Source: Paraspadella gotoi
Lineage: Eukaryota > Animalia > Chaetognatha
DNA: 64,000 nucleotides
Assembly: GCA_051294375.1 (NCBI GenBank)
Contig: CM119263.1
Span: 4,518,577 to 4,582,576 of the forward strand
Direction: 5' to 3'
The notes under the pieces are model-generated. The model had not been told where the DNA came from. It did no database searches and worked only from the letters and a program-made list of their open reading frames with translations. Each line of letters opens with the position of its first letter. Positions within the stretch are counted from its first letter, which is position 1. The position numbers were made by a program, and so were the translations under genes. Below, piece by piece: positions 26,013-39,913 of the stretch.

Positions 26013-27164
26013 AGATGAAGAGGAGATTGGGGAGCAGATGATGTGGCAGTGAGTGGGATAGAGATGGATCGGTCAACTTGTTGATGACGGGATAGGGAGC
26101 AGATGATGTGCAGTATGGTGGATAGAGTGAATGGTCTAACTGTTGATGGTTGATAGGTGAGCAGACACTATGTGCCAGATGGTGGCATAGGCCTGTAAAA
26201 TCTGCCTTTGTTGGAATTGGACCTTTATTCTTGGTATAATGAGATGTTGTTGAAGACTGGAGGCGACGGAAAGGGACCTTCGGCTTGGAGACTGGGAGAG
26301 GTTGATCGAAGGACATATTGATCTGGGAGCAGAATTGCCGATGTTAGGCAAAAGGACTGTTGTAGTAGCCGGATGTTGGAAAGTCAGTGGCGAGGGCTGG
26401 CTGATTGAGATAAGTGAAAGGATAAGGACTGTCCCTTTGAACGACGATAGTGTAGGATCTATGATCATTGTGGCTAAGATAGATGGCTGCTCTGTTTGAA
26501 GGATGTTGGAACAAGTTCGAGAGCTGTCTGTTACAGGGGATGTATTGGAACAGTGAAAGGCTGTCTTGTTGATGTAGGATGAATGGTCAATAGTGGAATG
26601 TTAGGTTCTGTTGAAGGGTTGTCTGTAACAGTGAAGTAGTTACTACTTCATTGCAATCAACACGGAAAAAAAATAAATCATTTAGTCTCCTTCATTACTT
26701 TCCGAAACAGGAAATTTTTTTTCTCCTCTCGTTCTGTTATTTCTCGATTCGCATTCGCGTTATTTGCGGCATTGCGCTGTTTGGCATCGAGTCAATGAAA
26801 TGAATTAATCTATGTAGCGTATGTATCATGTAGGGAAGAGGTGGGAAAGGAGGAGGAAGGGGGCGAGGGTGGGAGGAGGGGGAGAGGGTGGAGAGAGAGG
26901 GAACAAAGGAGGAGAGGGAGGTGGGATGTGGAAGGAGGGGGGAGAGGGAGAAGAGAGAGGAAAAACAGGAGAAGAGAGGGGAGGGAGGTGAGAAAGTGGT
27001 CGGTGAGGGAGGAGAAGGAGAGAGGGAGGAACTAGGAGGAGAGAGGGAGTGGGGGGAGAAGTGGGAGAAGGGAGAGAGGAAAGGAGGATGAAGGGAGGAG
27101 CTGAAGGAAAGACGATTTTACTAGCTCATAATTATCAGAACACACCGACAAAACAAACGACCAC

Positions 27165-27214
<50 letters not shown>

Positions 27215-29414
27215 GCAAAAAACCCAAAAACACGTCAAAACCAACCACTTTAGAAAACAAAACAAGATCAATACAAAACAACTCAAAACTCAGTATTTCC
27301 GCAGCTCGAGAGGATAAAAATTTCTTTGGGCAAAAATAACGACGCAAATTCGTATCGATTTCCTTCGTTGAAAAGGTTATGACAACAAAAAAACTACATT
27401 AAAAACTGTCAATTGTTATTTAGCGTCTTTTGTTAATTTTTTGCGTGTTTAATTATATAATTGTTATTGTAGTTTTCGATATAAGTTTTTTAAAAAAATT
27501 ATATCTAAGTATATAACAATTTACAAATTGTAGCGATGAGAAAAAAAAAAAGAACGCGTCCATTTAAAAAAAAAAATAATCGACTTTTAAAATTAAGAAT
27601 TATGAGTCAGTAAGAATAATGAACCAAACAAGTGAAATAAAACAAAAAAATTGAGGAAAGACGATGATTGAAGAATAAATAACCAAAAACTGAAGCATAC
27701 CCCGATACCGGAAAATTATTGTGGAAAAAGAAAAGTTTAATCCACCAAAGGATTATTATTTATTCTATAAAAAATGAAATAAATGTTGAGAAGTGAAGTT
27801 CGTTNNNNNNNNNNNNNNNNNNNNNNNNNAAGGATGAAGAGGAGATGGGGAGCAGATGATGTGCAGATGAGTGGGATAGTGAGTGGATGGTCAACTTGTT
27901 GATGAGCGGATAGGGAGCAGATGATGTGCAGATGGGTGTGATAGGGAGTGAATGGTCAAATTGTTGATGAGTTGATAGGGAGCAGATGATGTGCAGATGG
28001 GTGGCATAGTCTGTAAATCTCGTCTTTGTTGGAACTTGGAACTTTATTTTGGATAATAGATGTTGTTGAAACTGGGAGGGAGGAAAGGACTTCGTTGGAA
28101 CTGGGAGAGGTTGATGAAGGGATGTTGGATCTGGGAGGAATTGCGATGTTGAAGGAAAGGACTGTTGAAGGGATGTTGGAACAGTGGGAGGCTGTCTGTT
28201 GAAGGGATGTTGGAATAGTGAGAGGCTGTCTGTTGAAGGGATGTTGGAACAGTGGGAGGCTGTCTGTTGAAGGGATGTTGGAACAGTGAAAGGCTGTCTT
28301 TTGAAGGGATGATGGAATAGTGAAATGTTGTCTGTTGAAGGGATGTTGGAACAGTGAAGTAGTTCTACTTCTCATCAAACGGATAAAAAAAAATCATTAG
28401 TCGCTTCGATTCTTCGAACAGGAATTTTTTTTTCTCTCTCTTCTCGATTCTCGATTCGCGATTCGCGATTCGCGATTCGCGTTGGCATCGAGATCAATGA
28501 AATTTGAATATTGGATGAAGAGGAAGAGGTGGGAAAGGAGGAGGAAGGGGGCGAGGGTGGGAGGAGGGGGAGAGGGTGGAGAGAGAGGGAACAAAGGAGG
28601 AGAGGGAGGTGGGATGTGGAAGGAGGGGGGAGAGGGAGAAGAGAGAGGAAAAACAGGAGAAGAGAGGGGAGGGAGGTGAGAAAGTGGTCGGTGAGGGAGG
28701 AGAAGGAGAGAGGGAGGAACTAGGAGGAGAGAGGGAGTGGGAGGAGAGTGGGAGAAGGGAGAGAGGAAGAGGAAGGATGAAAGGGAGGAGCTGAAGGAAG
28801 ACGATTTACTACTCAATAATTACCAGAACAACAACGACAACAACGACCAAAAAAAAACCAAAAAACCCAAAACACGTCAAAACCAACCACTAGAACAACA
28901 ACAAGAATCAATACAACAACAACTCAAGTATTTCCACAGCTCGATGAGGATAAAAATTCTTTGGGCAAAATAACGACGCATTCGGTCGATTTCCTTCGTT
29001 GAAAAGGTTATGACACAAAAAACTCGATTAAACTTCAATTGTTATTAGCGTCTTTTTGTTAATTTTTGCGTGTTTAATTATATAATTGTTAATTGTAGTT
29101 TCGATATAAGTTTTTAAAATAATTATATGTAAGTATATAACAATTTACAAAATTGTAGACGATCAAAGAAAAAAAGAACGCGTCACAATTTAAAAAAAAA
29201 ATAATCGACTTTTAAAATTAAGAATTATGAGTCAGTAAAGAATAATGAACCAAACAAGTGAAAATAAAACAAGAAAAATTGAGGAAAGACGATGATGAAG
29301 AATAATTAACCAAAAACTGAAGCATCCGAAAAATATTGTGAAAAAGAAAAGTTTATCACAAAGGATTAATTATTTATTCTAAAAATGAAAATAAATGTTG
29401 AGAAGTGAATCGTT
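26013..29414. repeat. Tandem duplication of about 1.6-1.8 kb (26013-27804 vs 27830-29414) around a 25-N gap; probable gap-filling artefact
   Basis: The two copies are colinear. The first carries many scattered 1-nt indels typical of uncorrected long reads. Confidence 0.85.
28162..28358. repeat. 34-bp minisatellite (TGTTGAAGGGATGTTGGAACAGTGGGAGGCTGTC) about x6
   Basis: Direct tandem copies; a degenerate counterpart lies near 26330-26635. Confidence 0.85.
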
Positions 29415-32400
29415 AACGAGAGAACTGCGATCAATGAGAGGGAATATTGGAAGGGCGAACGAGGAGAAGGACGAAGTAGGAAAGGCGAATTGCGACGAAG
29501 AAAAGGACGACGACGACGACGACGACGAAGACGAAGATGACGACAACGACGACAAAAACTCCAACAGGCGACAAGGAAAACTTAATTTCGCGATATTATA
29601 TTTATCGGTCACGATTTTAAAAGTCAAGAAGTAACGTTCAAATTAATAGAACGAACAAAATGCGTTTAATTTTTTTTCAAAAGAGGATTTAATAAAAAAA
29701 AAACTAATCTAATTTGTATTAGCAGTCGATTAGATTAAAAGAAAAAAAATAATAATAATTTTATTTTCAAGAAATAAGTGACAAAAAAATGAATATATTG
29801 CAACGTTCAACAATATAATTCTCTGAAATCCTTATCATTCAACTAANNNNNNNNNNNNNNNNNNNNNNNNNNNNNNNNNNNNNNNNNNNNNNNNNNNNNN
29901 NNNNNNNNNNNNNNNNNNNNNNNNNNNNNNNNNNNNNNNNNNNNNNNNNNNNNNNNNNNNNNNNNNNNNNNNNNNNNNNNNNNNNNNNNNNNNNNNNNNN
30001 NNNNNNNNNNNNNNNNNNNNNNNNNNNNNNNNNNNNNNNNNNNNNNNNNNNNNNNNNNNNNNNNNNNNNNNNNNNNNNNNNNNNNNNNNNNNNNNNNNNN
30101 NNNNNNNNNNNNNNNNNNNNNNNNNNNNNNNNNNNNNNNNNNNNNNNNNNNNNNNNNNNNNNNNNNNNNNNNNNNNNNNNNNNNNNNNNNNNNNNNNNNN
30201 NNNNNNNNNNNNNNNNNNNNNNNNNNNNNNNNNNNNNNNNNNNNNNNNNNNNNNNNNNNNNNNNNNNNNNNNNNNNNNNNNNNNNNNNNNNNNNNNNNNN
30301 NNNNNNNNNNNNNNNNNNNNNNNNNNNNNNNNNNNNNNNNNNNNNNNNNNNNNNNNNNNNNNNNNNNNNNNNNNNNNNNNNNNNNNNNNNNNNNNNNNNN
30401 NNNNNNNNNNNNNNNNNNNNNNNNNNNNNNNNNNNNNNNNNNNNNNNNNNNNNNNNNNNNNNNNNNNNNNNNNNNNNNNNNNNNNNNNNNNNNNNNNNNN
30501 NNNNNNNNNNNNNNNNNNNNNNNNNNNNNNNNNNNNNNNNNNNNNNNNNNNNNNNNNNNNNNNNNNNNNNNNNNNNNNNNNNNNNNNNNNNNNNNNNNNN
30601 NNNNNNNNNNNNNNNNNNNNNNNNNNNNNNNNNNNNNNNNNNNNNNNNNNNNNNNNNNNNNNNNNNNNNNNNNNNNNNNGCGGCGGCGGCGGCGGCGGCG
30701 GTGATCTCTTTCGTTTTCCGGTTTTAACGTTCGGCGATTTTTGTGGAATTCGTGATTTTTGTGATTGTGGGTTGTGAAGGTGGTGATTGGTGATTGGTGA
30801 ATGGTTGTGATTTTGCGTAGAAGATGCTGATGGTCAGAGGGGTAAGGGTTGCAGGAACTTATGAAATTGTATTGTTTTTGTTTGTTTTATGTGTGTTGTT
30901 TTATTTTTTTTTCACACTTTCTTCAATTGTTTCATAAAAAAAATTGCTTTGTTTTTTTTTTCCGAATTTTCAGTTTAGAATGGGTAAAATTATATGTCCT
31001 TATCTTGTAAGAGTGATGGAGACCTTAAACCACCAAAGCCTGTCCGAAGTTAGGGGCAAGATAGCTTATTTATTAAATGAATAGTTAATTTGTTTATTGG
31101 TTGTACCAATTTCATAAAAAATTTGGTTCAGCTTCACATTATATTAAAATAACATAAAGTTTCACATTTAAAAAGAATCTTTTTGTCTCAGACTCGTGCG
31201 CTTCTCTTTCTCATATTTTACATCTTTATGTTATATATAAAGGGACCTGCTATGTCATTATCTTGTAAGAGTGATGNNNNNNNNNNNNNNNNNNNNNNNN
31301 NNNNNNNNNNNNNNNNNNNNNNNNNNNNNNNNNNNNNNNNNNNNNNNNNNNNNNNNNNNNNNNNNNNNNNNNNNNNNNNNNNNNNNNNNNNNNNNNNNNN
31401 NNNNNNNNNNNNNNNNNNNNNNNNNNNNNNNNNNNNNNNNNNNNNNNNNNNNNNNNNNNNNNNNNNNNNNNNNNNNNNNNNNNNNNNNNNNNNNNNNNNN
31501 NNNNNNNNNNNNNNNNNNNNNNNNNNNNNNNNNNNNNNNNNNNNNNNNNNNNNNNNNNNNNNNNNNNNNNNNNNNNNNNNNNNNNNNNNNNNNNNNNNNN
31601 NNNNNNNNNNNNNNNNNNNNNNNNNNNNNNNNNNNNNNNNNNNNNNNNNNNNNNNNNNNNNNNNNNNNNNNNNNNNNNNNNNNNNNNNNNNNNNNNNNNN
31701 NNNNNNNNNNNNNNNNNNNNNNNNNNNNNNNNNNNNNNNNNNNNNNNNNNNNNNNNNNNNNNNNNNNNNNNNNNNNNNNNNNNNNNNNNNNNNNNNTTCT
31801 TGGGTTTTATTGGGTTTAAACTCCTTGAGAGCTCAAGGCTAATGTCCACCATTGGCCGATACGAGAGAACGATTCCATACATGGAAGCGAGGGGCGAAAA
31901 CGCTGCGGCGGCGGGAGCGACAGCGGGAGCGGCGGTGGCGTTGTTTTAGGTGCCGCAGTTGTTTTTGTTGTTGTTTTCGTAAGCGTTTTTACGTTAGTCT
32001 TTTACGCCATTCCTTTATTTCCTTATTTTCTCTCATTCTCCTTTTCCTTTTATTCTTTTATAACTTCCTTTCATCTCCACGTTTTTTTTTAAATTATCTT
32101 TTGCCAACAAATAATCCATTGATAATTTAAATTTGTCGATATTCCTGGCACGAATCTGCTTTAATGTGACAAGTCTGTATTGTCACGACCGCCTCTGTAT
32201 CGAGTATCGATTGTGTTTATTATCTTCTATTACTTCTATTTGATCCGCTTTTTTCTCGCTTCTCGTCTCTTCCCTCGTTTCCCTTTCCGCTCCTCGTCGT
32301 TCTTCACCTTCCGCTTCCCGTCTTGCATTGCGTTTCCGCTTCCCGTCAACATTCCTTCCGTTTCCCGTCATCTTCGATTCCTNNNNNNNNNNNNNNNNNN

Positions 32401-34249
32401 NNNNNNNNNNNNNNNNNNNNNNNNNNNNNNNNNNNNNNNNNNNNNNNNNNNNNNNNNNNNNNNNNNNNNNNNNNNNNNNNNNNNNNNNNNNNNNNNNNNN
32501 NNNNNNNNNNNNNNNNNNNNNNNNNNNNGCGCGGCTCACCGGTCATTACCCACTCGATTTAACCCTTGTCTATGACTCGTTCTCTTTTAAATCACTTTAG
32601 ATCATCTACGCCACATTTAGCGCCATTTCATCCTTAAACTCTTCACTTTTTCTCGGGAGACAATTTAAAGACTTTAGTTTCCTCGTTTTCCTTTTTGATA
32701 AAGTAGCCGAGGGGAAGTTTAATATTTACTTTAATACAGTGTTTAACTTTAAGCAGATTCTAAATCGAACCTTGATTTTTTTATAAATAGCTCGTAATCT
32801 CATTGTTACTCTTATACTTATGATTTGCTTGATTTAATTCTAATTTTTTTTTTTCAAGAAAAAAACATCATTCGTTTTAAACTCAATTTTGTCTCCTAAA
32901 TAAACTTGAATTTCGTAAGCAATATTTTCTCTTTCAGTATGATACTTTGAGCCATTTTAAGTCAAGTCATTTTTTGGCTTCTAAACTTTTCATAACCAAA
33001 CCTTAATAGTCTGGGAAGAAGTGTGTCTGGACATTGAAATGTGTGGGGATTTATCACTCTTTTATTGTTNNNNNNNNNNNNNNNNNNNNNNNNNNNNNNN
33101 NNNNNNNNNNNNNNNNNNNNNNNNNNNNNNNNNNNNNNNNNNNNNNNNNNNNNNNNNNNNNNNNNNNNNNNNNNNNNNNNNNNNNNNNNNNNNNNNNNNN
33201 NNNNNNNNNNNNNNNNNNNNNNNNNNNNNNNNNNNNNNNNNNNNNNNNNNNNNNNNNNNNNNNNNNNNNNNNNNNNNNNNNNNNNNNNNNNNNNNNNNNN
33301 NNNNNNNNNNNNNNNNNNNNNNNNNNNNNNNNNNNNNNNNNNNNNNNNNNNNNNNNNNNNNNNNNNNNNNNNNNNNNNNNNNNNNNNNNNNNNNNNNNNN
33401 NNNNNNNNNNNNNNNNNNNNNNNNNNNNNNNNNNNNNNNNNNNNNNNNNNNNNNNNNNNNNNNNNNNNNNNNNNNNNNNNNNNNNNNNNNNNNNNNNNNN
33501 NNNNNGAGAGAGAGAGAGAGAGTCGATAAATATGAGGTGGAGAACCTGAAAAAAAGCTCCGAGTGACAAAGACAAACGGAGAAATAGACGATGACACTAA
33601 TGAATGAAGGAGATCAATCGAATGAATGAATCAATGAATAAATGAATGAATGAATGAATGAATTAATTAATGAATTAATGAATGAATGAACGAATCAATC
33701 AATCAATCAATCAATGCATCAATGAATCAATGAAACATTCAATCAATCAACAAGGTAAACAATCACTAAATCAGTCAATCTATCAATCAGTCAATGAATT
33801 CAGAGAGAGAGAGAGAATTAAAGCAATACTGTCCTATAAAAATCAGCGCACCGAAAACACAGTCTCGTCGATCTGTGGAAACTATGAATCATGTTTCGGC
33901 GAAACAGACGAAAAAACAAAAAGAAAACAAAAAGAAAACAAGTTTGAGAAAACGATCATTATCTGTAATTAAATAATTAATAATTAATTAATTAATAATC
34001 AATTAATTCAAGTTAATTAATTATCGGTAATTAAATAATTAATAATTAATTAATTCAAGTTAATTAATTAATTAACTTGATCCGAAATGTTTGTTTTTAT
34101 TGATTAATTGACTGATTAATTAATAATTGATTAATTAATTGACTAATTGATTAATTAACTGATTAATTATTTGATTAATTTATACATCTTGCATTTACAT
34201 TTAATATAAAAAGAAAAAGAAGCATAATCAATTAGTGAAAAACTCTTTT

Positions 34250-34734
34250 TGTTTTTTTCTATTTAAACTCATTTCCACTCAAACGATTCCATCAAAACTT
34301 GATTTCCAGCTTAATCACACACTTTCCTACCCACATACAAAATTTTAGGTCAATTGCCCATCCACACATGAGTAATTGGTGTTCAAATAATGAAATATAA
34401 TTTTTTTGTTTTTTCCATTTAAATTCATTTCCGCACGGACGATTCCAATGAAACTTCAAATCCAGCTCAATCACACACTTCCATACCCACACACAAAATT
34501 TCATTCCAATCCATCTATCCAATCACGAGTAATATGTATTTTTTGTTAAGGTGGGACGGACGGACAGACAGACGGACAGACAGACGGACATCGTTTTTTT
34601 TTGCATAATTTATCATAAATCGATTTTCTGACATGAAATAAGTTAATGTCCGACAAGATTGAGGGGGCGGACCGACGGACCGACAAAGTGAATTATAGAG
34701 TCGGGATCTGCTGATAACCAGATCCGACTAAAAA
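34250..34734 (+). mobile_element. Putative non-autonomous DINE-1/HINE (Helentron-associated)-like element
   Basis: Two internal copies of a ~155-bp unit (near 34261 and 34417), a (GACG/GACA)n microsatellite at 34555-34590, and a terminal stem-loop AGTCGGGATCTG...CAGATCCGACT (34699-34729) followed by AAAAA. The family call rests on architecture only. Confidence 0.55.
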
Positions 34735-36148
34735 CGGAGGCAATTATCCCAGGAAATGAAGCATCGACCCTCGATTTCGTTTCGCGATGCCGAGTTGTTG
34801 TTGTTGTTGTCGTCGTTGTTGTCGATTCGAGTTCATTGTTCGTTTCTCGGGAGTAAAATCAGTGCAAGCTTTCTGTTTTCAACATAGCTAAGGGCAAGCA
34901 TCCTATTTTAAAATCAAACATTTTATTTTCTGTTAGATTTGATACAAGCATCCTATTTTGGGAGCGAGAACTTCCTTTTCTGCTCGATTTGGTGAAAGGC
35001 TCCTGTTGTCGGAATTTAACTTATTCAAAGAATATGATTTTTGACGTACAAGCTTTGGTGCACGCACAAACTGCTTAGGTTTAAGACGATAATTCAGGTC
35101 TTTCCTATTTGCTTGGTGATTTCACTTCGAAGGAGTAGTTTACCAATCAATATACTCAATCTAATCGCCTTCGCTTTCCATTTACGCCTTCGCAAATTTT
35201 CCGTTGTTGTTGTAGTCGTCGTCTTCGTCGTCGTCGTCGTCGTCGTCGTCGACTTCGCATCTCACCAATTATTTTTTTTCTCTTTTTTTTTATCTCGCAA
35301 TTTTGCAAGAAGAAGATTAGAAGGAGATGGGAAGGAGATGGAAGAAGAAGAGCAAAAAATAAAGGGGAATGAGTTGGAAGAAGCAGAAATGAAGTTNNNN
35401 NNNNNNNNNNNNNNNNNNNNNNNNNNNNNNNNNNNNNNNNNNNNNNNNNNNNNNNNNNNNNNNNNNNNNNNNNNNNNNNNNNNNNNNNNNNNNNNNNNNN
35501 NNNNNNNNNNNNNNNNNNNNNNNNNNNNNNNNNNNNNNNNNNNNNNNNNNNNNNNNNNNNNNNNNNNNNNNNNNNNNNNNNNNNNNNNNNNNNNNNNNNN
35601 NNNNNNNNNNNNNNNNNNNNNNNNNNNNNNNNNNNNNNNNNNNNNNNNNNNNNNNNNNNNNNNNNNNNNNNNNNNNNNNNNNNNNNNNNNNNNNNNNNNN
35701 NNNNNNNNNNNNNNNNNNNNNNNNNNNNNNNNNNNNNNNNNNNNNNNNNNNNNNNNNNNAAAGAAAAAGAAAAAGAAAAAGAAAAAGAAAAAGAAGAAGT
35801 AAAAAAAGAGAAATTTCCAAATACGAAATATTTGAGGTTGCTGTAATGAAATGTGAATTCGACTGGAATCTTAGAGTGTGAATATGGAGGAAGTGAATAT
35901 CAAGACAAGCGTTTTTGATAAATCGATTTGATAAATAATACAATTCGATCTTTAATGATTTTAAAATTAAATTGTCTTTTTAATTTTTTTCTCACGTAGT
36001 TTTGGCTTTGGTCTAATCGTAACTTTAAAAATGTCAATTATACGTACAATTTGTATAGGAAAACATTTAAAAGGCAGAAAAGGCGGACTTAGCCACTGAT
36101 AAGTTAGACGCAATTGACACGAAAAAAAATAGAATGAAAATAAAATAT

Positions 36149-36179
<31 letters not shown>

Positions 36180-36510
36180 CTTAAAGTAAATGAATATATT
36201 TAATAAAGAAGGCAACGAAGAAAAAAGTAAAGGAAAAAAGGCGAAAAAAAAAATCAAAAATAAAGCGTAAAAAAAGCAGATAAAAAGCGGAAGATCCGAG
36301 TATCAAGAGATTAAATAGAGATGAGGTTTCGTCTACTGTAGGGCGAAAAGGGAGGAGGAGGAGGAGAAGGAGGAGGAGGAAGAGATGACATGATAATTGC
36401 CCTGGACCTTCTTTTTCACCTACCGTTTTGGCCTGGCTATTTTTACCTTCATTCGGTTGCTTTGTTCTCTGTCTCTGTTTTATCTCTCTCTCTCTTTATC
36501 TCTCTCTCTC

Positions 36511-36546
<36 letters not shown>

Positions 36547-37225
36547 CCCCTCCCTCCCCCTCTCTCTCTCTCCGCCTCGGATCTCTTTGTCACAACCTGG
36601 TTGTCTTTACCTTTCACGAAGAAAACGGAGAATTTTGAACCAGAGCCAATCGAAGGTTGACACGTTTTCCTAATGGAAATTTCTATTTTTCTTTCGACTT
36701 CCTCCTTTTTCTTGGAAACGAATGGACGATGCAATGACAAAATTGTGATAGAACTATGACAGAATTATGACAGAAAATCTATAATGATATCGGAAAAGAA
36801 AGAAAGTTGATATTAAGCAAAAAGAGACTTATTAACGAAAGCTCAGTTCAGAAGCTTGGTAAATTAAGTTTATTCCTTGCAAATTACTTGCAATCTGCAA
36901 TATGTACTGTTTTTAATATATAAATGCACAAATTACATATGTTTGCCGAAAGAAATAATTCATCAACAAAGAATACATGGGAAAAAAATTTCGAACAATA
37001 AAGAAAAGTTTTGAGAGAAAATATTTTTTTTCTTTATCTATTTTAGTCGCTTCGCTGCTTTTTCGCAGTTTTTGCTTTTAGCTTTTTTTTGCATCTTTGC
37101 GTTTTCTCAACGGCTGAGCTTTTAAAACGACGACGACGACGACGACGACGACGACGTCCACCACGTCAAGTATAGTGATGAGGAATCCACATAACGATAA
37201 CAGGGACGGCGTCGTCGATGACAAC

Positions 37226-37281
<56 letters not shown>

Positions 37282-37308
37282 CAACGATGATGATGATGAT
37301 GATGAATC

Positions 37309-37372
<64 letters not shown>

Positions 37373-37622
37373 ATGTTGATGACGAAGATGATGATAATAT
37401 GTAGGTAACGATAATGATCTCAGTGATAGAATATGTAATGAAATCCTCTACAACAACAAGGTCTTCTACGATGACTAAGGCGACAGAAACGACAACAACA
37501 ACGACAACAACAACAACAACTACGACGAAGACGACGTCCTTCGCCGACGACCCAGAAGTCGACGACATAAATTTTCATCTTCTTCCAAATCGGAGAAATT
37601 TCCGGTTCGGTGCTAAAGCCGC

Positions 37623-37912
37623 ATGTCGGGATTAGCGGAAGTAGGATGTCGGGATTAACGGTTTTCGGCATCGAGAGATGTCGGGTTTAGCGGTTGGGGG
37701 ATGTCAGGATTAGCGGTTGTAGGAATCGAAGGATGACGAGATTAGCGGTTAGGGATGTCGAGATTAGCTGTTGTTGGATGTCAGGATTAGCGGTGGTCGG
37801 CATTGAGGGATGTCGGGATTAGCAGTTAAGAGATGTCGGCATTAGTGCTTGTCGGCATCCAGGGATGTCAGGATTAGCGGTTGTCGACATGAGGCATATC
37901 GGGATTAAGGGT
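37623..37912. repeat. Compound minisatellite with core GATGTCGGGATTAGCGGTT, about 11 copies with short (~22) and long (~32) periods
   Basis: The core recurs with related linkers (GTCGGCATCGAGG-like). Confidence 0.85.
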
Positions 37913-37950
37913 TGTCCGTATTTTCAGATTTGTACAAATGTCAGCATCAA

Positions 37951-38083
37951 ATGTCAATCTTAATGTCAATCTTAATGTCAACCCTAATGTCAATCTTAAT
38001 GTCAATTTTAATGTCAATCTTAATGTCAATCTTAATGTCAATCCTAATGTCAATCTTAATGTCTATCTTAATGTCAATCTTAA
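37951..38083. repeat. 12-bp minisatellite (ATGTCAATCTTA) about x11
   Basis: Near-perfect tandem copies. Confidence 0.95.
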
Positions 38084-39861
38084 ATACTTCCCACTCATTA
38101 AAAATATAAAACATTTCGTTTTGAGGTGATAATTTAACATCAACGCGTCGTCGTTAATAATTAAATTAAATTCATAATCTACGTTAATAAAAGTTGCCTA
38201 TCGCTCACCCTCACTTTTCATATTTAAACTGGAACTGATCTTTTGTTGTTTTCTAAAAATAGGAAAAGATTATAATTGATAATAAACGTGAATAATTTTC
38301 TCGTTAAAATTCGCAAACATCTTCTCCTTTTTTTTTCGCCTCAGATTCTCATTTGTTTTTTTGTTTTCCATTAATTTTTCAATTTTCTTCGTCATCGCCT
38401 TTGATTTTTCGACGGGACGCTGGCGTTAAGAGGAGAGAGGAGTCGACCTTCGGTATGTTTTGCAGTTTACGTGCAGGGTGCAAAGGGTGGATTATTGTTT
38501 GTTCAATAATGACAGACGAGCTATAACGAGTGGATAACCGCTGTCGGTCTCGAAAGAAAACAGGAGCGACCGAGGACTGACGGTGTGTATGGACGATGGT
38601 ACGACGGACGGTCCCATCGGGTTCGACGGCCAGGTGGCGGGCAATTTTCCGCTCCGTCGCCTGCCGAACCGTTTCGTTTCGCGCGGTCGGACGAACAATC
38701 GAGCAGCAGACGCGCCGCTCGATCGACACATGCCTGACATGCATTAGCAGCGGTTTCAGACGACGCCCACTCGGCCTCCTGACATCATTTACCGGGCGCG
38801 CTGACGGCCCGCGATTGCACTGTGGCCGCCGATCCCTCAGAACGTCGCCGGAGAGCAACAACGGTATGGACGTCGGACAGAATTTATTCGTGCTCTGTCA
38901 CACCGTGTGAACCACGCTTTGTGTTCTAGTTCCTATGACAGTCCAAGACTTGCGCAAAGTTCTCTTTCTCTCTGGACATCTCTTCATTCTCGTCTGCTCA
39001 GGGGTCTCTCTCTCTGCATGCTTGCGTTTCGTTCGGTCACTGCTCGTTCGTCTGCTCGTTTTCTCTCGTCGGTCAGGTCGTGTCTCTGTCTCTGCTGTCT
39101 TCCTTTCTCCTCTCGCTTCTCGAGCTTTTCCTATCCTGACCGCATGCACCAGTTTCGTTTCCCAGTTGTCCTAATTTACGAAGGCGTCGCTGATCTTGGT
39201 TGTGCAGAAACCATTGAAACAAGAACACATCTGAGAACAAAAGGAAGCAAGACAAAACCGGACTGGAACTGGATTTGTTCGTTGTTTTTTGATCTAGAAC
39301 TATCTCTTAATAAGCACATGACTTAAGGGAGAGTGGACACGAGGAAAGGTCGAGTGACGACTGACGATGGATGACCGGACGAATGACGATGATCAATGCG
39401 CGAAAGACTGATGACAACGTGACGGGGACGAAGCATGGATGACGGACCGAGAATGCCGACGAAACGATGGACGACGAGATGAACGCGAAGTATGACGACT
39501 GAGATGAGCAAAGATGTACGTGAGATGACGCCACGCGGACGACAAACGAGACGAGACGAGCAAAGAGACGACGAACGACGAGCGACGATCGAAAAGGGAT
39601 CGAACGAGACTAAGCCCTTGCGGACAAATCATTAGCTGGTACAGGTCTGGAAGAATTTTACCATTACGAGCAACTAGACCGACAGAGACAATGCGCCAAA
39701 GTAACAGGATTCTTAAAGAGAAGGGGCTAAATGGACCAAGCGTGAGTCGAGAGATGCAGCAGGAGAGAGAGCAGAGATGAGACGAGCGAAACAAGCCTTT
39801 AAAACTTCCACTCAAATCAAACTGCGCCTCTCTGTTTTCCCACCTTTGCGTCCACTCTCTC

Positions 39862-39913
<52 letters not shown>

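Noticed and set aside
26013-29414. Apparent recent tandem segmental duplication
   Set aside because: The copies flank an exact 25-N gap and one copy has raw-long-read-type indel noise, so an overfilled gap is more likely than biology.
37623-37912. CRISPR-like repeat/spacer appearance
   Set aside because: The linkers are very short and related to each other, the repeats are degenerate, no cas genes are present and the context is eukaryotic.
38400-39800. GC-rich stretch with several 80-180 aa ORFs
   Set aside because: No recognisable motifs; garbled GAC/GA repeats suggest unpolished read sequence. The same applies near 13.7-14.3, 40.9-41.4 and 52.4-53.1 kb.
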